Assembly: GCF_001017655.1 (NCBI RefSeq)
Contig: NZ_CP010904.1
Location: 1,560,001 to 1,592,000 of the forward strand
Direction of reading: 5' to 3'
Length of the DNA stretch: 32,000 nt
DNA from: Kiritimatiella glycovorans
GTDB taxonomy: Bacteria; Verrucomicrobiota; Kiritimatiellia; Kiritimatiellales; Kiritimatiellaceae
Within the stretch, counting starts at the first letter, position 1. Each line of letters starts with the position of its first letter. The translations under genes were made by a program, and so were the position numbers. Shown piece by piece: positions 17,002 to 23,581 of the stretch. Under the pieces are notes generated by a model. The model made no database searches. It had not been told where the DNA came from and was given only the letters and a program-made list of their open reading frames with translations.

Positions 17002-18509
17002 TGACACGCCAAGAGGCCGAAGCGATCTACGACGCCGGCAAGGACACCGTCGTGCGGGTGCTGTTGATGATGGACGCACGAATCCATTCACTGGAGCGTC
17101 AAGTTCAAGACCTGACAAGCCGTCTTGACCAAAGCGATCAACGCGTCCGCCACCTGGAAGAGCAGCTTGCCAAGAACTCGCGCAACAGCAGCAAACCGCC
17201 CTCCAGCGACGGCTTCAAGAAACCTGCGCCCAAAAGCCTGCGCAAGAAGGGCAAGCGCAAGTCCGGCGGCCAGCCCGGCCATACCGGCCATACGCTCGCG
17301 ATGGCCGACAAGCCCGAGCACACCGAAGTGCACCGTGTGAAGGAATGCGAACACTGCGGCCGCTCTCTAGCCGATCAATCCGTCGAGGGCATCGAAAAGC
17401 GCCAAGTCCATGACCTGCCACCCCTGCGGCTGATCGTCACCGAGCACCAGGCCGAAACCAAAACCTGCGCGTGCGGCCATCTGAACAAAGCCGCGTTCCC
17501 CGAGGGGGTCAACGCTCCGGTGCAATACGGCGAGGGGATCAAGGCCGCGGCCGTATACCTGAAGAACTATCAGTTCCTGCCCTATGACCGAACCTGCGAA
17601 CTGCTGAATGACTTCTTCGGCTGCCCGATGAGCGAAGGCACGCTCTGCAATATCATCACCCAATCCCACACGTTGGCCGCCGACCCCGTCGAGAAGATCA
17701 AGGAGTTGATCGAGCAGGCCGCCGTGGCACACTTCGACGAGACCGGCTCACGGGTAGACGGCAAGCTGTGGTGGCTGCATTCGGCCTCGACCGCACAGGC
17801 AACCTATTATGACATCCATCGCAAACGCGGCCGCGAAGCGATCGATGACATCGGCATCTTGCCCGACTTCCTCGGACGCGCCGTTCACGACTTCTGGAAA
17901 CCGTACTTCGGCTACGACTGCCTCCATGGCCTCTGCAACGCCCATCACCTGCGGGAACTGATCTTTGCGCATGAGCAGCACCAGCAGGACTGGGCCGACC
18001 ACATGATCGACTGCCTGCTCGACATCAAAGAGGCCGTCGATCATGCGAAGCAGAGCACCGACCTGTCTGCGTGCAACGCACAGGCAGGCCATCTTGCGGC
18101 AGAGCAGATCCAAGCCTTTGAAGCCCGCTACCAGCAAGTCCTCGACGAAGGCTACGCGCAGAATCCGCTGCCGCCGTTGCCGCGCAACGCGAAGAAACGA
18201 CGGGGCCGCCGCAAGAAGACCAAAGCCCGTAACCTGCTCGAACGGCTCGACGAGCACCGCGATGAAGCGCTTGCGTTCATGTACGACTTCAACGTGCCCT
18301 TCGACAACAATCAGGCTGAGCGCGATCTGCGCATGATGAAGGTGCAGCAGAAAATCTCGGGCATGTTCCGAACCGAGGATGGCGCCCAAGCCTTCTGCCG
18401 CATTCGAAGCTACATCTCAACCGCCCGCAAGAATGCCGTCGGCGCTATGGATGCGCTGACCTGCCTGTTCAGCGGAAACCCCTTCGTTCCGGCGCTCAAT
18501 ACCTCGTAG
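17001..18509 (+). CDS. IS66-family transposase (TnpC-type)
   Basis: The ATG at 17001 is preceded by GAAGGGAGGG; the ORF track's 16956 start overlaps the upstream ORF. It has an N-terminal coiled-coil/leucine-zipper region (LERQVQDLTSRLDQSDQRVRHLEEQL) and a basic stretch followed by the zinc-finger-like CEHCG...C.CGH. The catalytic core has AHFDETG, WWLH, DFWKPY, CNAHHLREL and PFDNNQAERDLRMMK, typical of IS66 TnpC. TAG stop at 18507-18509. Confidence 0.92.
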   Translation: MTRQEAEAIYDAGKDTVVRVLLMMDARIHSLERQVQDLTSRLDQSDQRVRHLEEQLAKNSRNSSKPPSSDGFKKPAPKSLRKKGKRKSGGQPGHTGHTLAMADKPEHTEVHRVKECEHCGRSLADQSVEGIEKRQVHDLPPLRLIVTEHQAETKTCACGHLNKAAFPEGVNAPVQYGEGIKAAAVYLKNYQFLPYDRTCELLNDFFGCPMSEGTLCNIITQSHTLAADPVEKIKELIEQAAVAHFDETGSRVDGKLWWLHSASTAQATYYDIHRKRGREAIDDIGILPDFLGRAVHDFWKPYFGYDCLHGLCNAHHLRELIFAHEQHQQDWADHMIDCLLDIKEAVDHAKQSTDLSACNAQAGHLAAEQIQAFEARYQQVLDEGYAQNPLPPLPRNAKKRRGRRKKTKARNLLERLDEHRDEALAFMYDFNVPFDNNQAERDLRMMKVQQKISGMFRTEDGAQAFCRIRSYISTARKNAVGAMDALTCLFSGNPFVPALNTS

Positions 18510-18633
18510 CCTCTGCCGCGGATGAACGGACCTCGCCGATCCTACTCGCACTCGCCCCCTCGCAAATCCAGGCGGAGCCATCCCGACTTGCCGCCATCGT
18601 CTCGATCCCGTATAGCCCATCTGGAATCGGCTA

Positions 18634-18707
18634 ACGATAACGGGCGACGAGAACGGCTCACGAGTTGGAAGCGCCTATCGTCCACCGCTCTCGTCGCCCG
18701 TTATCGT
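18634..18707 (+). repeat. Perfect 19-bp inverted repeat (hairpin with 36-nt loop) in the 235-bp non-coding 3' tail of the IS
   Basis: ACGATAACGGGCGACGAGA (18634-18652) pairs with TCTCGTCGCCCGTTATCGT (18689-18707). Copy 2 carries one mismatch in the left arm (T to G). Confidence 0.85.
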
Positions 18708-18744
18708 CAACCGTCCTCTGGGAGAGGGGTACCTGAGTAGTCAC

Positions 18745-19421
18745 GAAAGATCCATCATCATGTCCATCGGCACCTCGCGCCCCGGATCGGCCGGGAAGCG
18801 CCGAACGGCATCGAAGAGCGTCCAGGGACACGTCAACGGGTGCCGGTGCTCGAACCGGTCCGTATGGCCATCCGATTCAACCTTCAACACCCCGGGCGAC
18901 GCCGTCCCGCGCTCGCGCCGGGTGTAGCCCGCCTTCGGCTTCGTGTGGCTGCACGTCCAGTCCAGCTCGTACGAGCGAACGGAGGCCGGCCGGTCCTCCC
19001 GGCACGCGATGCGGGCCCGGACCTCCTCCGGCACGCCGGCGGGCTCAAAGATCATCCGGACGTCGCAGTCGGTCGAGCCGTGCGCGCGGGTGACGGCCAC
19101 CTGGCCGAAGATCACGTTTGACATCGGCGAGCGGGCGCGCTGTTTCCTGTACCCCGGCGTGGCTGAAAAACGGAGCATATCATAGACCGCCGTCCATCCC
19201 CCCGCATCATCCATGCGGCCCTCCGGCGGTGAAAAGGCCTCAATGTACCCCGCGAGCATCCGCAGCTCCTCCGGCGGAGTCTTCGCCCCCGGACTCAGCG
19301 GGAACGAGTCCGGCCTGACCCCCAGCTCCGCGGCGCGCACCTGACGGGCCCGAAGCATGCCGAGACTCAGGACGGCCCCCGCCCCCCCGATGTGACGCTG
19401 CATGAAATCGCGACGATCCAT
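18745..19421 (-). pseudogene. 5' fragment of the IS-split gene: Tat-signal exported protein of unknown function
   Basis: The ATG at 19421 (MDRRDFMQRHIGGAGAVLSLGMLRARQVRAAE, twin-arginine signal) is preceded by GGAGAGGAG. As it stands, the frame terminates at a TGA supplied by the IS end (18741-18743). See the 15752-15961 fragment for the continuation. Confidence 0.85.
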
Positions 19422-19544
19422 TTCTCGGCTCCTCTCCCGCACTTGCGGAGATCATGATAATAACGATGAATCTTAACGGGCATGCAGGACCGCAATCAAG
19501 AAAATAATTTTACACGCAATTTAGGGGTTTACGGATCAAAAGAC

Positions 19545-19573
19545 TTATCAGATACTTTTGCACCAAATACAAT
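19545..19573 (+). promoter_or_regulatory. Candidate sigma70-like promoter for the 802-aa gene, within an AT-rich divergent intergenic island (19443-19651)
   Basis: TTATCA (19545-19550), N17, TACAAT (19568-19573), about 80 nt upstream of the GTG at 19652. This is a hexamer match only. Confidence 0.3.
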
Positions 19574-19651
19574 GCGGTATCACAAAGGAAATATGTATAT
19601 GCAACTTTCTGTACCTGACCAAGAGGCCCGGATGCGGGCGGGAGGTGACTC

Positions 19652-22060
19652 GTGGGTCTGAAAACCTGGTTGCTCGCGCTGTTGACGACGGCGGCCGCTG
19701 CGTCGCAGGCCGGACCGGATGGCTATCCCCGGCCGATGCTTTTCAGGGAAAATTTCCCGAAGCTGCTTTCACACTACGACCACATTCAGCTGATGGTCTC
19801 CGACCTGCACGTCGACAAGCGGAAATTCTCGTCGGTCCGGTTCAAGCGCGAACACCCCGACGCGGTGGTGCTGGTGCAGATCAATAACGAACCGACGGGG
19901 ATCTGGGGCACATGGGAGATGCTGCCGCGTCAGCGGATCGAGGACTACGGGTGGCTCGACCCGGAGGTCCGTGACACCTCCCCGCTGATGGAGATCTTCG
20001 AGTACGACATCCATCCCCTCATGGATTTTCCGGGCCACTGGGTCTATGAGACCGGGGCGGAGACGCGGGATTCGATCCCCGCTGACGCCGAAACGATTAC
20101 GGTGGGGGTCGGGGACATGACTCCCTTCCTCCCGCTGACCCACCGCCTGAGTAAAAAGGTGGCGAAGGCGCACCCGGAGATCACGAACGCCCTGCTCAAG
20201 GACGTGGTCATCTACACCCGGGGGACGGACGAAAAACCCGACTGGCTCAATGCGGATATGGGAAGCCTCGTGGCGATCGACCCCGCGGCGCGCACCGTCA
20301 CGATCCGTCGCTGGGACGCCCGCGAAAACCGTCATGCCTTTGACGCCGGGGCGGTGGTCGCACCGGGCGCGGTGCCGGTCATCGTCGAAAACGCGGGGGT
20401 CGTCCGGAGCTTCCCCCCGCATCTGCGCGAATCGATGAAGCAGGCGGTGGTGGTGAAACCGTTCATGCCCAACCTCACCCCATTCTGCCCGGTCGATCCG
20501 CGCACCGGCCTGAACGCCGCCGAAACCATGGCCCGGCATTACGCCGCAATGCGCCGCAGGCACTATCCGAACATCGACGGATACGTCTTCGACGTCTCGT
20601 GCGGGACGCATACGCCCTCGCACCGCGTGTCGAACCGCGTGGACTGCGACAACGACGGGGAGATCGACAACTTCCAGTTCGACGGCGTGCTCGCCTGGCC
20701 GGTGGGCATAAGTGAGTTCGCCACGCTCCTTCGCAAGGGCAAGCCGGGACATTTCAAGGGACTCGGGCGCGACTTCCGCATGGTCTCGGATTCGAATTTC
20801 AACGAGGACCAGCGGCTTTTCGAGGTACTGAACGGAGGCGAGTACGAACACAGCTTCACGCTTTTCTTCCCCCCCTACGAGTACATGTACTCCAGCAATC
20901 TCGACCGCTGGCTGCTCTGGGAGGATCGGGGACGCGACCCGAACCTCTCTTTCGTACACAATAAATACGCCGATGAGGTCCACCACGGAGGCGAGGCCGC
21001 CGACCTCGAACGCCCAGCCACGCTGGCGCACTTCCGGCTCGACATGGCCACCGCCTGCATGGGATCGGGATACGTCGGCAAGATGGTGCTTCGCCCGGCG
21101 CACGGCGGGAACACGGAGGAGGTGAAGTATCCGGGGCTCGAGGAGGAGCGGGCGCGGTACGGGGGCATGCTGCCGAAGATCTACGATGAATACCACGCCG
21201 GCCGCGGCGAGTTCGGCTGGCTGGGGCTTCCCGAGGGCGATCCCGTCCGCGTAACCACTCACCTGAGCAAGCCGGTCTACGCGTTCACGCGGCAGTCGCC
21301 GATGCCCGCCGTCCGCATGGAAAGGCCGCCGTGGCGTCTTTCTGAACCGGAGCGCACCCGGACCGGGGACGGATTCAGCTTCCGGGTCCGCGAACGCGGA
21401 CTCTGGCGTCAGCTGAAGGACAGTTTCCGGGCCACCGTGGCCCTTCCGCTCCCCGGGGTTGAACTGGAACGTAACCGGGAGTACACCCTCTCCTTCAAAC
21501 TCCGCGGATCGCCGGTCTACGACCGCTTCGGACGCGCCCACCGGAATATTCCTAAAAACATGCGTCTGCGTTTTATCACGGACCGGGACGGCGGGAAGCA
21601 GAGCGACCGTGCGGCGGAGGAACTCAACACCAACGTCGGCCAGCTCCTGGGCGGCGGACAGAGCGGCGGCGGTTACATGCAGGAGGTTCTGGTCTTTCCG
21701 CGCGAACGGAAGGTGGTCCTGACACTGATCGCCGGGGGGAGCGGTCCCGCTCAAATCGAATTCGGCGTGACGGAGGAACCGGGAAACTACGAGATTTCCG
21801 ATCTGCGACTGCGCGAGGGTTGTGCCGATGTCCTGGTTCGCGAATTCGAGCACGGGCTGGTCCTGCTCAACGGCTCCGTCTTTTCGGAGGCCGTCGTCGA
21901 CCTGCGCAAACTGTTCCCGGACGCGGCGTTCCGCCGCATCCGGGGCACCCAGGATCCCGTACACAACAGCGGGAAACCTGCCCGCGTCGTCACGATCAGC
22001 GCCTCCGACGGATTATTCCTGGAGCGCGAAGATCGGGCGGTGTCCGTGCGGAAGAAATAG
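19652..22060 (+). CDS. Large secreted protein of unknown function (possible TIM-barrel glycoside-hydrolase-like fold)
   Basis: 802-aa ORF. The GTG start has GGAGG 6 nt upstream. Signal peptide MGLKTWLLALLTTAAAASQA. Coding-like GC3. The motifs NIDGYVFDV, DCDNDGEIDNFQFDG and the C-terminal REFEHGLVLLNGS are reminiscent of GH114/GHL-type hypothetical glycosidases, but I cannot place it. TAG stop at 22058-22060. Confidence 0.7.
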   Translation: MGLKTWLLALLTTAAAASQAGPDGYPRPMLFRENFPKLLSHYDHIQLMVSDLHVDKRKFSSVRFKREHPDAVVLVQINNEPTGIWGTWEMLPRQRIEDYGWLDPEVRDTSPLMEIFEYDIHPLMDFPGHWVYETGAETRDSIPADAETITVGVGDMTPFLPLTHRLSKKVAKAHPEITNALLKDVVIYTRGTDEKPDWLNADMGSLVAIDPAARTVTIRRWDARENRHAFDAGAVVAPGAVPVIVENAGVVRSFPPHLRESMKQAVVVKPFMPNLTPFCPVDPRTGLNAAETMARHYAAMRRRHYPNIDGYVFDVSCGTHTPSHRVSNRVDCDNDGEIDNFQFDGVLAWPVGISEFATLLRKGKPGHFKGLGRDFRMVSDSNFNEDQRLFEVLNGGEYEHSFTLFFPPYEYMYSSNLDRWLLWEDRGRDPNLSFVHNKYADEVHHGGEAADLERPATLAHFRLDMATACMGSGYVGKMVLRPAHGGNTEEVKYPGLEEERARYGGMLPKIYDEYHAGRGEFGWLGLPEGDPVRVTTHLSKPVYAFTRQSPMPAVRMERPPWRLSEPERTRTGDGFSFRVRERGLWRQLKDSFRATVALPLPGVELERNREYTLSFKLRGSPVYDRFGRAHRNIPKNMRLRFITDRDGGKQSDRAAEELNTNVGQLLGGGQSGGGYMQEVLVFPRERKVVLTLIAGGSGPAQIEFGVTEEPGNYEISDLRLREGCADVLVREFEHGLVLLNGSVFSEAVVDLRKLFPDAAFRRIRGTQDPVHNSGKPARVVTISASDGLFLEREDRAVSVRKK

Positions 22061-22080
22061 ACGGGCCCTCCCCGTTTTTC
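22061..22080 (+). terminator. Weak candidate intrinsic terminator
   Basis: ACGGG (22061-22065), loop CCCTC, CCCGT (22071-22075), then TTTTT (22076-22080), immediately after the stop codon. The stem is only 5 bp. Confidence 0.35.
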
Positions 22081-22158
22081 AACACTCGGAACAGGGGGCA
22101 GTCCTCCCGATTCGTTTATCTGTCCTTTGCGCGGGAGAAAGAAAGAGCGGAGGACAAC

Positions 22159-22303
22159 CATGAAGGCGGGAAGGGCATGAAGCGTAATAATCCTCATGCC
22201 CTTCATGTCCTTCATGGTGAATCCCATTCTCTCCCCACCCAATCAACCTTCATGCTCTTCATGCCCTTCATGGTGAATCCCATTCTTTCTCCCTCCCACG
22301 CGG
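22159..22303. repeat. Short dispersed/tandem repeat block built from CTTCATG(C/T)CCTTCATGGTGAATCCCATTCT units and their inverted partner
   Basis: CCTTCATGGTGAATCCCATTCT occurs at about 22209-22230 and 22266-22287. The inverted partner CATGAAGGCGGGAAGGGCATGAAG lies at 22159-22182. The block ends in CTCCCTCCCACGCGG (22289-22303), which recurs at 23511-23525. Confidence 0.75.
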
Positions 22304-23510
22304 GTAGGTTGTAAACCAAATGCCGCATGTAGTGGTCTTGTTTCATTTATGAGATCGTTTTGAGTTCGTTCGTGAAGAGTTCGTGAGGGGTCATGAAGTC
22401 GAGGATCCGGCGCGGGTAGTTATTGATCCATAGCTCGATGTCGCGGATTTTCTGCTTGGTAAAGCGCGCGATATCCCGGCCCTTGGCCACGAACCGTCTG
22501 ATCATCCTGTTGCCGTTCTCGTTCGATCCGCGTTCCCAGGATGAGTATGGGTGGGCGTAGAAGATCTGGGTTCGCTGTTGCTTCGAGAAGGAAGAGGCTT
22601 CTAAGGCTTCGAAGTCCAGGAACTCGCTGCCGTTGTCGACCGTGATGGTCTTGAAGATCTGACGGAAGCAGCGGGAGCCATGTTCACGCTCGAGCCCTCT
22701 GAGAACTTTGAGCACGCTGGCTTGGCTCTTATCAGGCAGCTTGCGAATGATCGTGATCCGATGTCTGCGTTCCACCAGGGTCAATAGGGCGGCATTGGAC
22801 CCGCGCGTGGGGCCGGTCACCAGGTCCATCTCCCAGTGTCCGAACTCCTCGCGCGTCTCGGCTCCTTCGGGACGCTGGTCGATGCTTTTGCCTTTGGAAA
22901 TCCGCTTCGCCAACCGCCGAGCGCCGCGTTTGCGCCGCTTGGCTCGCTTACGCTTCTCCCACAGTGACTCGTTGCTGAGCCCGAAAATGACGCCTTTATC
23001 GATGTAGTTATAGATCGTCTTGGTGCACACCACCTCCTCCAGACCGGCCTGACGCATCCGAAAGGCGACTACATCGGGCGATTCCTTATGTTCCACAATG
23101 CGGCAACGGATGAATTCGGCCAGCGCATAGTTGCGGCCCAGCCTCAGACCGGGCCCCCTTGCGGTGGCGTGGTAATCATGGAGGTCCTGGCCGCGATCGC
23201 TGCTGTAGGTCCGGTATTCCCGCCACTCCGAGTCCCGGTGGGTCACCGTCCCGCGCTTGAGCTCACGCTGGATCGTACGCGGGTGACGCTCCAAGGCGGC
23301 CGCGATGTCCCGTGGGGGGATCCCCCCACGGGACATCCGCTCAATCACCATGCGCTCCACCCTCGTCAAGTGCTTGCCCTTCCTGCTATTCTGATTCTGT
23401 TCCATGCCGTCTCCTTCCTCTGTTGTCCTGTTGTAAGACCACAAAGGATAGCGAACCACGGCATGGAACGCTCTCTCCTATACCTGCGGCATTTCACATT
23501 ACACTTCTCA
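22304..23510 (-). mobile_element. IS30-family insertion sequence (about 1.2 kb)
   Basis: A single transposase ORF fills the element. The imperfect terminal IR core is TGTAA-N3/4-AAATGCCGCA-N-GTA (22310-22332 and the complement of about 23482-23503). It is flanked by a perfect 15-bp direct repeat CTCCCTCCCACGCGG. Exact termini are uncertain by a few bp. GC content is visibly lower than in the surrounding genes. Confidence 0.8.
22347..23405 (-). CDS. IS30-family transposase
   Basis: The ATG at 23405 (MEQNQNSRKGKHLTRVERMVIERM) is preceded by AGGAAGGAGA; the ORF track starts 18 codons earlier. It has an N-terminal HTH (RDIAAALERHPRTIQRELKRG) and a DDE/rve core (HWEMDLV, TITVDNGSEF, YFAHPYSSWERGSNEN). 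TAA stop at 22347. Confidence 0.9.
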   Translation of the reverse strand: MEQNQNSRKGKHLTRVERMVIERMSRGGIPPRDIAAALERHPRTIQRELKRGTVTHRDSEWREYRTYSSDRGQDLHDYHATARGPGLRLGRNYALAEFIRCRIVEHKESPDVVAFRMRQAGLEEVVCTKTIYNYIDKGVIFGLSNESLWEKRKRAKRRKRGARRLAKRISKGKSIDQRPEGAETREEFGHWEMDLVTGPTRGSNAALLTLVERRHRITIIRKLPDKSQASVLKVLRGLEREHGSRCFRQIFKTITVDNGSEFLDFEALEASSFSKQQRTQIFYAHPYSSWERGSNENGNRMIRRFVAKGRDIARFTKQKIRDIELWINNYPRRILDFMTPHELFTNELKTIS

Positions 23511-23535
23511 CTCCCTCCCACGCGGAATATAGTTT

Positions 23536-23564
23536 TTGCCAAGCGGTTACGCGCCTGCTATAAA
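23536..23564 (+). promoter_or_regulatory. Near-consensus sigma70-type promoter upstream of the HD-GYP-like gene
   Basis: TTGCCA (23536-23541), N17, TATAAA (23559-23564). AGGAGG follows at 23572-23577 and the ATG at 23582. It lies 11 bp outside the right-hand 15-bp direct repeat of the IS30 element. Confidence 0.45.
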
Positions 23565-23581
23565 CGCGGCCAGGAGGCTGT

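Larger units (their letters stand above)
15962..18744 (+). mobile_element. IS66-family insertion sequence, copy 1 (2,783 bp) with a DUF4338 ORF + TnpC-type transposase
   Basis: Terminal IRs are GTAACTACTCAGGTAGCCC (15962-15980) and the complement of 18726-18744, GTGACTACTCAGGTACCCC (17/19 match). The GTAA-type terminus is typical of IS66. A perfect 8-bp target duplication GAAAGATC is present at 15954-15961 and 18745-18752. A second copy of identical length lies at 27747-30529. Confidence 0.92.

Noticed and set aside
15991-17118. 375-aa minus-strand ORF inside each IS copy (also 27776-28903)
   Set aside because: It is antisense to the DUF4338 ORF and is R/P-rich. The substitution pattern between the copies is synonymous with respect to the plus-strand frames, not this one.
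19769-21964. 731-aa minus-strand ORF
   Set aside because: It is antisense to the 802-aa secreted-protein gene, which has an RBS, a signal peptide and strongly GC-rich third positions. The minus-strand ORF is R/P/V-rich without motifs.
22141-22314. ORFs encoding HEGGKGMKRNNPHALHVLHGE / FMLFMPFMVNPILSPSH
   Set aside because: They are read-throughs of the short CTTCATG-type DNA repeats. They have no RBS, and their periodic peptide sequence follows the nucleotide repeat.
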